This document shows positions 19,208 to 29,800 of a DNA stretch of 64,000 bases, one piece after another. The number at the start of each line of letters is the position of its first letter. The stretch's first letter is position 1. The position numbers and the translations under genes were made by a program. Location: the IMG/VR virus record IMGVR_UViG_3300025133_000083. One strand, given 5' to 3'. Origin of the DNA: an uncultured virus (IMG/VR IMGVR_UViG_3300025133_000083) (lineage: Duplodnaviria > Heunggongvirae > Uroviricota > Caudoviricetes). The notes under the pieces are model-generated. The model had not been told where the DNA came from. It worked only from the letters and a program-made list of their open reading frames with translations, and did not search any database.

Positions 19208-19917
19208 GATTTGAAGAAATTCCATACAATCAAGTAATCGCATCTGCTAAGATGTTTTTGAACTTGGAGAACACTACCGACCACGACCCATTCTTTCTAC
19301 TTATGGCAGACGAAGCCATGCGTAAGATAAACGACAGGTCAATGTTTGAGTTCAAGACACAGGACGTTACCGTAGATAGCGGAACGGCTCCATTACCATG
19401 TGGTTTTATGCAGATAATGGCAGCTTGGTTTTCCAATCAAGACGGAAGATGTACTTACGCCCCTTATGTAGAGAGAAGTATTGTGGATTTTTGCGGTTGC
19501 GACACTACCAATTGTGGTTCTTTAGGGAATTCATATCAGATAAACGGAAACTATATCGTGTTCCACAACCCCGATGCAATGTCTGCTGATGAAGTGACAT
19601 TGGCTTACTTGAGCATTCGATTAGATGAGAACAACCAACCCGTCATGTACGAAAGACACGAAAGGGCGGTAAGAGCGTATATTCTTTGGAGGGCTTTGTC
19701 TAAGTTCGCTAGAGCAGAGAAGCAAGCAGGGTTGAGGCAATCTATGATGAAGGACGCAATTATAAATCAAAGAGAATGGGGCTTGCAGAAAACAGATCTT
19801 CGCGCAACAGCAGTATTGGAGGGATGGAAAGAAGATAAGGTCAACATTTCGAGAACTTACAACGCTTGGATAGGTCAAGCAGAAAGGGGTCTTACAGGTA
19901 CGTACCGACAGAGATAA
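19204..19917 (+). CDS. Putative tail tubular/ring protein
   Basis: LPCGF...YQINGNYI...VTLAYLSI...AVRAYI pattern, directly before the muzzle-like gene. Confidence 0.6.
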   Translation: MRFEEIPYNQVIASAKMFLNLENTTDHDPFFLLMADEAMRKINDRSMFEFKTQDVTVDSGTAPLPCGFMQIMAAWFSNQDGRCTYAPYVERSIVDFCGCDTTNCGSLGNSYQINGNYIVFHNPDAMSADEVTLAYLSIRLDENNQPVMYERHERAVRAYILWRALSKFARAEKQAGLRQSMMKDAIINQREWGLQKTDLRATAVLEGWKEDKVNISRTYNAWIGQAERGLTGTYRQR

Positions 19918-19922
19918 CATAA

Positions 19923-22900
19923 ATGGCTGATAAGATAAATAAGCTCACTCCTATTGGGAATATGGATAAGGATTCCGATGTCAGGTATGTCGGGAAAAGG
20001 GAAGATAGACAAGGGGATACCATCAACAATAGGAACACCCAAATAGCAGGGGATGACGGAGCAAGTTCAGGGGATACAACACCTACACTTGGATGTGAGT
20101 TAGCATTTGACTTAGGGGAAGTAAATGCTCAGAATAAGAAATACACAATTACAGTAGACGGGGACGCAACCAAGTCACATGCAATTAGGTTTTTATCCAC
20201 TAAAAGGGATGTCAACATTACATCGGGAACAGGTTCAGCAGGGGAGATAGAGTTCAATGGAACAATAGCTTCTTTACAAGTAGCCTTTCTTGCTTCAACA
20301 CTACCTGCGGTATTCTTATTTACTGTAAATGGCAACGTAGCTACGTTTGAGCTTATCCCATATAACTACTATCAATGGTATTTACAGGGTTCGGGTGATG
20401 ATGATGTAGAAATAACCTGTACACAAGAAGCTATCCCAACAGACCTTGCGGGAGAGTTGAAGGACATAGGGGATAGAGATATATTGAGTGACCTGTTCAT
20501 TATGTCAACATCTCAAGACAACCTTCCTGAAGTGACCGATCTTCACGTTAATGGGATTGGTCCCTTGTCAGGAGGGCAGTTAGTGGGTCCACTTACATCG
20601 CTTTCATTTACCACAGAACATAATCTGATACAAGGTCAGTGGATACGGATAACCAACAGCAACGCAACATGGCTGAGTGGTGTATTCTTAGTTCAAAACG
20701 TAACATCTCTAACAGGAATAGAAATTGTTACAGATACCGCTTGGGGAGTTACACATCCAACATTTGTAATAGGTCAGGAATCAGTTACAATAAATCCTTA
20801 TGGGATAGGAGAAATAGGGGTTGCACAAAAAAATGACAACACAGATAGTTGGACGTACACAAGACTCCTTAGAAGTGTTGAATTAAACTTCGTAAGTAAG
20901 AAATACACCGATATAACAGGGGATAAGGACATCGACAAGGTTTCTATTTATTACGAGAACGACCACACCCCTTCAGGAGTGTTCTACTATTACGGAGAAT
21001 ACAGTAATGACGGAGCTTTAGCACACAACAATTCCGAGAACTTTTATTCTTACGGGAATATAGCCTACGCCATTAGCGCCACACAAAGGAAGCCGCCTAT
21101 AAGGATAGACTTTGATTCACAGGACCAATCGGGAGGAAACGTTCCTTCAGGAAATATCAGATATTTCGTTCTTTTGGAAGACCACTTCGGTAATTGGACA
21201 TTCCCTTCCGACCTATCGAATATTGTAATCACATATTCAGAAGAAAGTTCAGGGGAATCTCTTGGGGATGAAGCATCCGTACTTAATACAAATAAGGCGA
21301 ACAACCTCACAATTAGCGGTATAAACACGCAGGTCTACGAAAGACTAAGATTAGGGTATGTTTTAAGTATTGAGGGGGCTGTATCAGCGTATATAATGGA
21401 CGAGTCCGATATAACGGGTTCTAGCACTACCATTAAACACGATGGATTTTGCGGTGAAGAGCTTTACGACATAGGGCTTATAGGAGCCAACTTCTATTCA
21501 GGATATGACTTTGCTAAAAGCAATAACATAATTGACAAACGATTGGTCAGGTCAAATCTTAGAAAGAAAGAATTAAGCGACCTCTCAGCGTGGGCTGCAA
21601 CATTTAAGCACCGAATAAAGGAAGAGTTCATTCAATGCTCTTCTTATGCTAGTGACGCAAATGAATTCCAAGACCCCGAAAATGGCTTCTACAAGTCAGG
21701 ATACATGTTCAACGAGTCGTATCGTTATTCTGTTAGAGGTAGGTTTATAGACACGGGAGAATTTACTCCTTGGTTTTGGGTGGACGACATTAAGATAGAC
21801 CCATTTGCAACGAACACTTATAACCCTAACGACAATAGAAGAGACCAAACAGGTTCAGACATCGTTACAAACTTTGACCTTACAAAGAACTTAGGAGGTC
21901 CATTCCCGACAAGTAAATGGGTTAAAATCCCTTACGTTGAATTCTTTGATGTAGACACAAACCATCTTGTAGACGGTCAGCCTATATCAGCTATTATTGA
22001 CAGTATAGAATTCGGTAGGGCAGAGGTTGTTCCTGAAGTATTATGTACGGGATTAGCAACCATGTCGGTTGTTTTTCAAGGATTAAGAGGTATTTTCTAC
22101 AATAACTTAGGGGGAAATCAACCATTTACTTCTGATGATGGAGAAAGAGCAGCTTGCTTCCCATTCAATCAACTTGAAAATCAAGGGGATTATTTTATGG
22201 GATACCTTATTCAAGTTCCTTCCACTGATGATATTGCAGAAACTAGGTATGAATACCCATTCGTATATGGACCTCCTTACATGGGGTCGAACACCATAAA
22301 TGGAGCATACCCTGATGTGGGAGCAGACAATACAACTCCTATTTACGATTACCCGAACACAACGGATACTTTTTTCGGTGACCCCGTTCTTATTCAATCG
22401 GACCCCGCTGTTAATCCGTTTACCCCTTGGAAGTCGGATAGAACGATGCTTTCAATCTATTCACCCGACATCATATTCAGGAATAAAGAAGACATTTCAG
22501 GATACTCATTACTTGACTTCGGTGAAATGTTCTTAGGAACAGACGACCCTTTTTACAACAGAACAAATGCCAACAAAGGGGCTATGTTTTCTCAATACTC
22601 AAAGTACTTTCCTGAAAACTTAGGTCAAACATTTCAAATATATAACGTAGATGATTGGAAGGCTTTAGAGGCAGGTGAAAAAGACTTCATAACAACAGGG
22701 AAGTCATTCTCTAAGGGTTTCGGAATCGCACACAGAGGTCTACCTAGTCAAGATATGGTTGCTGTTGAGATGTCGCATAAGAATGTTGCAAGTCCTGTAG
22801 TACATATTGACAATCAAGGATTAGGGGTTACCCCACAGGGAAAGAACGCAGATTACGGAGTTCGATACATCCAAATGTACAAGCCTCTTACTAACAAATA

Positions 22901-24674
22901 TTGTTCTAAAGAGTCCACTACTTATTATACTACAAACAGTATATACGACCTAAAAGATATTCAAACCCAATCGGGAGTGATCGGCAAGGGTGTTTTCAAT
23001 GTATTTGGAGGAGACACATTTACTCAATTGACCTATTTAAAAGGTAGGTACATAGATAAATCAGCATTGATAGATTCGGGTCTCACAGAATGGTCGGAGG
23101 CTAATTTCGGACCGCTTCAATCCGCAGGATTTGGAGGGGGGTTCAAGTTTTACTCTCAGAATAGGGTGAACTCTCAAATGAGAAATGACAATGAAGACCA
23201 AATAACATACCTAGCAGACGGTACTGAACCTGTACATCCTTGGCTAGAGGAATTTGAAGGTAAAATTGATTTACTTTCTTATTCAGACAAGTACACTCCT
23301 GACTTCCTTTACACTCAAATAGGACAGCCTTCATTTGAACTTGTAAGCAAGGATAAAACAGACTTCCCACAGAGAATTGAATACAGTTCAAGAAAGACCT
23401 ATTCAGCAGAGCAAGACGATTATCTAGACAGACCCGTTCTGAATATACACGACCTTAATTTGACCTTTGGGGAAATACACCATCATGAAGATATTTTAGG
23501 TGAGTTATTTTCTATACAAACAAGAAAGTTCTCCATTTTAGCGTTCAACGCAAGAGGGCAACTAGAAACATCCGCCAATAGCGTTGATGTCATATTGAAA
23601 TCGGGAGATGTATTTACAACGGATGGTAAAACACTTTCATCTTACGGAACAGACCACAAATGGAGCGCAATAAAAGGTTTTAACCCACAAGGGAAAGACG
23701 TTGCTTATTGGCTCAATGTAGAGAATGGCGTAATGATGCGCTTCGGTGCGGATGGAACAAAAGTTATCTCATCTAGGGGCTTAAAAGCTTTTATGGCTAA
23801 CTATTCCAAATGGCTAAAGAACAAGCACGAACACGCTTACGATGAAGGGATAAGAGGAGTGTGGGATAACAGAAGGAATGAAGCTATTTGGACATCTACA
23901 GCATGGAGAGAACACCCACAATGGGCTAATTCAGGGCTTATTCAGATACAGGTATTGGAAGGAACAGTGGTAAGAAATGACAACGCTCCTTCAGATACGT
24001 ATGAAGGGTTCCCTAGATTTTTCAGATGTATTCTAGGGCATACAGCATCCTCAATAGCGGAACCTGCTGTAGGGGTAGATTGGGAAACGTATTGGGAGCA
24101 GATACCCTATACAGATTACAATCACTACTCCATTTTCACCGTTTGCTTTAATGAGATGACAAATGGATTCAGATGTTTTTACGGACATATCCCTAAGACC
24201 TATTTGAAGTGGCAAAACACTTTCCTAAGCTCACATCCTATACATAGGAATTTGATCTTCGAACACAGGAAAGGGCTTCCTACTACTTGGTATGGAGCGC
24301 CTAATTATAAAGGCGGTGCAATAGCCCCTAAAGTAGAAGACGCTGAATTCGAAATGGTTGTCAATGAACTCCCCGAACAAAGCGTTAGAGGGGTCGCTGT
24401 TGAATTCCTTACGGATAGAGCGCCTGACAGAGTGGAATACAGAACCAAAAGGCAATACACCTTCGATGAAGAAGAACAATTCGAAGCAAGGGATGACGGC
24501 TTCTTTGCCCCTATAAGAAATGACGCTACTGCAACAGGAAATCCTGACAGTGATGACGGTATGTTATCGGGCAGTTATTTACGGGTCAAGTTCACTATCT
24601 TTGGGGGAACATATAACCTATTACATAGCATTGTTGTAAAGGTTCGAGACAGAATAAGACGAATTAATACTTAG
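19923..24674 (+). CDS. Tail stabilisation/muzzle-like protein
   Basis: 1583-aa beta-rich protein, N-terminal GNMDKDSD, C-terminal MLSGSYLRVKF, crAss-like synteny. Confidence 0.65.
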   Translation: MADKINKLTPIGNMDKDSDVRYVGKREDRQGDTINNRNTQIAGDDGASSGDTTPTLGCELAFDLGEVNAQNKKYTITVDGDATKSHAIRFLSTKRDVNITSGTGSAGEIEFNGTIASLQVAFLASTLPAVFLFTVNGNVATFELIPYNYYQWYLQGSGDDDVEITCTQEAIPTDLAGELKDIGDRDILSDLFIMSTSQDNLPEVTDLHVNGIGPLSGGQLVGPLTSLSFTTEHNLIQGQWIRITNSNATWLSGVFLVQNVTSLTGIEIVTDTAWGVTHPTFVIGQESVTINPYGIGEIGVAQKNDNTDSWTYTRLLRSVELNFVSKKYTDITGDKDIDKVSIYYENDHTPSGVFYYYGEYSNDGALAHNNSENFYSYGNIAYAISATQRKPPIRIDFDSQDQSGGNVPSGNIRYFVLLEDHFGNWTFPSDLSNIVITYSEESSGESLGDEASVLNTNKANNLTISGINTQVYERLRLGYVLSIEGAVSAYIMDESDITGSSTTIKHDGFCGEELYDIGLIGANFYSGYDFAKSNNIIDKRLVRSNLRKKELSDLSAWAATFKHRIKEEFIQCSSYASDANEFQDPENGFYKSGYMFNESYRYSVRGRFIDTGEFTPWFWVDDIKIDPFATNTYNPNDNRRDQTGSDIVTNFDLTKNLGGPFPTSKWVKIPYVEFFDVDTNHLVDGQPISAIIDSIEFGRAEVVPEVLCTGLATMSVVFQGLRGIFYNNLGGNQPFTSDDGERAACFPFNQLENQGDYFMGYLIQVPSTDDIAETRYEYPFVYGPPYMGSNTINGAYPDVGADNTTPIYDYPNTTDTFFGDPVLIQSDPAVNPFTPWKSDRTMLSIYSPDIIFRNKEDISGYSLLDFGEMFLGTDDPFYNRTNANKGAMFSQYSKYFPENLGQTFQIYNVDDWKALEAGEKDFITTGKSFSKGFGIAHRGLPSQDMVAVEMSHKNVASPVVHIDNQGLGVTPQGKNADYGVRYIQMYKPLTNKYCSKESTTYYTTNSIYDLKDIQTQSGVIGKGVFNVFGGDTFTQLTYLKGRYIDKSALIDSGLTEWSEANFGPLQSAGFGGGFKFYSQNRVNSQMRNDNEDQITYLADGTEPVHPWLEEFEGKIDLLSYSDKYTPDFLYTQIGQPSFELVSKDKTDFPQRIEYSSRKTYSAEQDDYLDRPVLNIHDLNLTFGEIHHHEDILGELFSIQTRKFSILAFNARGQLETSANSVDVILKSGDVFTTDGKTLSSYGTDHKWSAIKGFNPQGKDVAYWLNVENGVMMRFGADGTKVISSRGLKAFMANYSKWLKNKHEHAYDEGIRGVWDNRRNEAIWTSTAWREHPQWANSGLIQIQVLEGTVVRNDNAPSDTYEGFPRFFRCILGHTASSIAEPAVGVDWETYWEQIPYTDYNHYSIFTVCFNEMTNGFRCFYGHIPKTYLKWQNTFLSSHPIHRNLIFEHRKGLPTTWYGAPNYKGGAIAPKVEDAEFEMVVNELPEQSVRGVAVEFLTDRAPDRVEYRTKRQYTFDEEEQFEARDDGFFAPIRNDATATGNPDSDDGMLSGSYLRVKFTIFGGTYNLLHSIVVKVRDRIRRINT

Positions 24675-24677
24675 AAG

Positions 24678-25292
24678 ATGTCATACGCAGCATTAGCACA
24701 ATTTGGATTAGGAGCGATACAGACAGGTGTATCTGCTTCACAGGCAGCAAAACTTCCGCAAGACAAAAAAATCACTGTATCTCCTGAATTAAGGTTAGCG
24801 TACAATATGTCAAGAAGAAAGGCTACAGAAGGGTGGGACCCCGTAGAAAAGCGGATGTTCGACCAAGCACTAGGAAGACAAGGTTCAGCCGCTAAGAGAA
24901 TGTTTCAAAACGCAGGGCTTGCAGGAGCAGGTTCAGCAGCAGCTAATATTATGGGTATTGATGCCTTAAATCAATTTGCAGCACAGGGAGCAGCTAATAA
25001 ACGAGCATCTTTCGGTCAATTTGCTAACCTAGCAGGTCAAATAGACCAAGTTGGGCAGAATGAAGTCAATCGCTTTAACATAGGTCTTGAAAAAGAAAGA
25101 GATAGATTAGGGATGGCTTCAAAAACAGGTTCGGAGAACATGTTCAAAGGTCTTCAGTCGCAAGAGGTTTCAGGACAGAACAAAACCGCTATGGATATTT
25201 GGAAAGAAATGGGACAGCAGGACGAAACCTTAACAGCTTTCTCCGACTCACCGTATATTGGTGGAGAAACACCAAGTTGGTTTAGTTCTTAA
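24678..25292 (+). CDS. Putative internal virion/ejection protein
   Basis: A/G/Q-rich helical protein following the muzzle-like gene. Confidence 0.55.
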   Translation: MSYAALAQFGLGAIQTGVSASQAAKLPQDKKITVSPELRLAYNMSRRKATEGWDPVEKRMFDQALGRQGSAAKRMFQNAGLAGAGSAAANIMGIDALNQFAAQGAANKRASFGQFANLAGQIDQVGQNEVNRFNIGLEKERDRLGMASKTGSENMFKGLQSQEVSGQNKTAMDIWKEMGQQDETLTAFSDSPYIGGETPSWFSS

Positions 25293-25310
25293 TTGGGTAA
25301 TCAATAAACA

Positions 25311-26819
25311 ATGGGAAACGGATCATATTTAGGGTTAGCACTCTCAGGAGAAACTAAAGCAGATCATTCAGGAGAGCAAAACCTTATTGATGCAGAAAAA
25401 GGCGCAGCACAACAACGACTTGCAGACCAAGCGAAGAAGGATAAGGCACGTAAAGACCTATTAAAAGAGGTCCACAAGAATACCGTTTGGTCTCAGAATA
25501 TGCTCCTGTCTAGAAATCAAGCTAGAGCAGAGGAGATTGTTGGGGAGAGCATGTTGGATATTGTCAACGGCATTAATGACGGAAGCATGGCAATGGGAGA
25601 GGTGTATGAATCGATGCGTGGAGTAGAGTCTAAAATGAATGCTTTATCTAGGGCTGATAAGCAGAATTTCGATGCCTTTCAGAAATACGCAGAGAACCCA
25701 TCCATATACGGGGGTGTAAAAACCATAAACGTTAAAGGGAAAGACTACAAGACCCCAATAGAGCTTTACAACGATAGGTCGCTTACAACACAGGAGATAG
25801 CGGAAGCAATGCGTACAACAGAATTCGCATCCATGCCTAATGAGGTTCTTGGGGAGGACGTAATGAACATAGACTTCAGAGAAAGAATGACAGCGGAAAA
25901 CGCTGCTGACGTAGCTCTAAAAGAGAAAGCGGAATGGTTTAATGTTTACAACGAAGGGAAGAAAATAACAAACCCAAGCGGGAAGCAAACATACGTTCCA
26001 ACATTCCATACTCTTAGCGATGAAGGAAAGGCTGCTACAATGCAAGCCGTTAAGAAAAGCACTATGGTAATGGACCATTATACAGATCAAATACTTGACG
26101 AGCCAAGCAATGTATTGAAGGTCGGTAGCGATGAGATGTTCGATGAAGTTCAAAAAAGAATAGATACTGACCTGACAACGTATTTAGATAACGCAAAGAA
26201 GACGGGTAGGGTGTTGGACTTCAGCCACGACAAAGCCAAAGCAACGGGTGTTGATGTATTGTTCAACGTATCTAAAGAGCCTCAAGTAACAAGAGGGCAT
26301 AGGGGAACACCTTCGGGAGCTACATCTTATGAGTATATCCCTACAAAAGCGAAAATGAAGATAACGCCACTACCTGTAGGTACTGTTAGCGTTAATAGTG
26401 AAGGGTATTTCACAGAAGGAGGTCCTGACGATGAATTGTTTGACGCAAAAGGAGCTTCAAAAAAGGTTGCACAAGCAAAAGCAATGCCTTGGAGGTTGTC
26501 TTTCTCCGACAAGGATATATGGTTCGATTACGCAGGAGATGAAGAAGAATACCACGCAGTTCCTTTAAGCGCGAGTTCATATAGGGATTGGGTAAACCGA
26601 ACAGAGGAAACTCCTGAAGAGGTGATGAGAAAGATAAAAAAGCTTACCAAGAACGATGCTTCTATTATGAAGCAGACAAGGGGCTTCTATAAGGAGCTTT
26701 GGGGTGATGATGAAGGAAGTAAAAACCCAACAGAAGCAGAGTTTAATGCTGCTTGGGCAAAATTGAAAAGTGGAGAATCTACAATAGGACCAGACGGTAA
26801 AACTTATACTAAAAAGTAA
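25311..26819 (+). CDS. Putative internal virion/ejection protein
   Basis: 502 aa, between the small ejection gene and the giant gene. Ends in KSGESTIGPDGKTYTKK. Confidence 0.5.
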   Translation: MGNGSYLGLALSGETKADHSGEQNLIDAEKGAAQQRLADQAKKDKARKDLLKEVHKNTVWSQNMLLSRNQARAEEIVGESMLDIVNGINDGSMAMGEVYESMRGVESKMNALSRADKQNFDAFQKYAENPSIYGGVKTINVKGKDYKTPIELYNDRSLTTQEIAEAMRTTEFASMPNEVLGEDVMNIDFRERMTAENAADVALKEKAEWFNVYNEGKKITNPSGKQTYVPTFHTLSDEGKAATMQAVKKSTMVMDHYTDQILDEPSNVLKVGSDEMFDEVQKRIDTDLTTYLDNAKKTGRVLDFSHDKAKATGVDVLFNVSKEPQVTRGHRGTPSGATSYEYIPTKAKMKITPLPVGTVSVNSEGYFTEGGPDDELFDAKGASKKVAQAKAMPWRLSFSDKDIWFDYAGDEEEYHAVPLSASSYRDWVNRTEETPEEVMRKIKKLTKNDASIMKQTRGFYKELWGDDEGSKNPTEAEFNAAWAKLKSGESTIGPDGKTYTKK

Positions 26820-29800
26820 TGCAGGACAAACAAACTTGGAAACCACCTACTGACGCTGTTGTAGAGGAAGATGCACAATGGACACCGCCTACTGATGCCC
26901 TTACAAAAGAAGACCCTGAAAAAAAAAAGACTTCTCCATCGTCTTCCCAAGATGGTTCAGATGTGTTACAGGCTTCTCAAGAATCATCTTCCAAAGAGCC
27001 TCAACCTGAAGTTCAGCCTGAAGAAACTCAAATTGAGCCTGAAGTTGCCGACCCTGACTTTATCCCAACTCCCGACCAACCGTTAGAAGGATTAGGAGGA
27101 GAGGCAAGACAACCTATATCCGTATTACAAGACCCTCTTGAAGCATCTAGGAAAGTTCCTGAAGAAAATCCCTTCAAAGCTTTCGAGAGAATACAAGGAG
27201 AAAGAGAGGGGCTTGATAAAAGCCATTTAAGCGATGCTCCTGCTATTGATTTCGGGGGTAAATGGGCGAAAGCGAAAGAGCAGAAAGAAGAGGAGATAAG
27301 CGGTAAAATGAGTTCTAGCCAAGCTCAATTAGAGAAGAACCTTCCAAAGGTGAATGAACGTCTTAACGAGATGTTCAAAGAAGACTTCGTTATAGGAGAT
27401 GCCCTGTCTAGGGAGTTTATAACGAAGGATACGGATGGAATGGATGTTCCTGATGCAGAAAGCCTTAGTGAGTACGCAAAAGAGAAGGCTGAAGAAATGG
27501 GTCTCCCTGAAGATGGATACGCATGGAAGCATATATGGAACAAGGCAAAGGACCATATAGCTTACAAGATCATTCAGCCTAGAGTTGAAAAAGAAGCGGA
27601 AGCCATATACAAGGAGAAACACGGCACATCCATTAAGGACGCAGGTTCAAGTGACGAGATAGCCAAGTACGCAGACATACAGGGCATTCAAGACAAGGCG
27701 ATATTGGAATTCAAAAGCTTCCAAGACGAACAGCTTGAGCAAGCAGACCAATACGCTAACGAACTTGTTCTAAATAAATACGGAGCAGAACCCGATGAAG
27801 TGGTTGCTCAAATGAATGAGCGAAATGAGCAGAATATGGCTGCTATTGAAGCTCAATACGGAAGGTTTATTCAGGGCGAACAATTCACAGGTACGGAAGA
27901 ACAATTTGCCGAATACCAAGAAGTAAACAAGCAAGCAAGACAAGCCTACGAACAGGAGTTTTCAGAAGTTCTAGCAACGCTGTCTTCAGCAGAAGCAGAA
28001 GCGAACAGGAGATATAAGCGTACCGTACTTGCTAAAGGAGAAGAGATTGAGAGGGGTATGAAGTCCATTATGGAGGATAAAAGGAAGCTTATCGACCCTC
28101 TTATCCAAGAAAGAATAGGGGATGCGTACAACCAAGCCTACAAGAAGGTTGCAGGAGATGATGAGAACGCAAAGAATCTTGTTGAAAGGAGCTTTGGGGA
28201 GAACTTGACGAGTACTATGACATCCGCTTTTTCAGGCTCTATTAAAGCAATGGGAACCACATTCGGTAACCAAAGAATGCAGGAGTGGGGAGACTACATG
28301 GAAAAGCATTACCATATCGGGGATGTGAACATGGAGGAGTGGTCCGATTGGTTAGACCTCAGTAAAGCCGCACGTTCAACAGGTAACCTTATTGGTACTA
28401 TGGGAACGTCTATGATACCTGCAATAGCAGCAGGAGCCGTTACAGGCGGTCTAGGGGCATCTCCATTCGTATCGGGAATGGTTGCATCCATTGCAGGGTT
28501 TGGAGGAGAGTCTTCAGACCTAGCAGGTAGAATGTATGACGATACCTTCAGGGAAACGGGTGACGCAGCAAAAGCAGCGGAACGTTCTAAGATGGTATTC
28601 GACAGTCAAATGATATTGGCTCCAACATACATGCTTGAAATGCTTCCTGTATTCGGAGATCTTACAACCAAGTTTACGAAAGGACTTTTCTCTAAGGTGC
28701 TTTTAGGGGCAGGGATAGAATACACAACGGAAACATTCCTACAGGAGTTCCCGCAGAATTCATTTGAGAAAGCCATCCGAGAAGACGAAGACCTTGCAAA
28801 GGTTTTCAAACACATGACTTGGGCTAGTCTTGAAGAAACCGCTAAGAACACCGTAGGAGTTGTGTTTATGGGGGGCGCAGGTCAAGCGAACCAACACTTC
28901 AGCGAGAAGTTGGACGACAAGGCTGCTGAAAAGAAACTAAAAGCCAATGCTAAGACTATGGCAGCTAAGGTTGCTTTAGGTAGGCTTTCCGATAACGATG
29001 CACAACAGGCAATCCTGAAGATGGTAGCCCAAAAGGGTGTAAGGTTTGCTGATGCTGTTATTTCTAGTACTTGGCAAAGCGGAGAGATCACATACGAGCA
29101 AGCAGGACCATTACTTGCTAATGTGAAAACCGCTGAAAGTGTAATAGGAAAGGTTCGGGAATACAATCTTTCAGACGTACATAGCTACGTTCTATCCTCA
29201 ATGTTCTTGAAGCATGAGAAAGCAGAACAGGAAGCTGAAAGAGAAAAGAGTGGTGTTATACAGAAGCTAAAACAGAAGAAAGCGGCTAGTATTCAAGCTG
29301 ATATAGACGCGATGTTCAGTAAGGGAGAAGCACACTACGCTACTCTTACTTACGCCAATGGAGACTTCGCTGTTCTTACGGTTGATGAAGCAAGAAAGAA
29401 GATGAAGGAAGAAGGTTTTGCTAAGACCTTTGAGGAAGGAGATTTAAAGATGGAAGCTTTTGGACCCGAAGCAGAGCAATTTGCGGAAGAGTTGAATGCT
29501 GTATTGGACGTAAAAGAAGAAGCTCCTAAAGCGAAGGAGAAAGCCAAGCCAACTCCCGAACAAGCTGCTGAAAGACAGGAAACCCTTAAGAAGCGAGAAG
29601 AAGCAGGTATTGAGCCTGAAGTAATGAAGGACGCTCCTAAGCAGATAATGAATACTGTTTTGGATGTTGCAGAAGGGAAGCCCGTTTCCAAGCAACAGGC
29701 AAAGAGCGCATCCGATTGGCTATACAAGGAATTCAAGAAGGTAAAAGCTATGAAGGGGGATGAGAACGCCCCTATCTCACAGGATAAGGTTCAAACTTAT

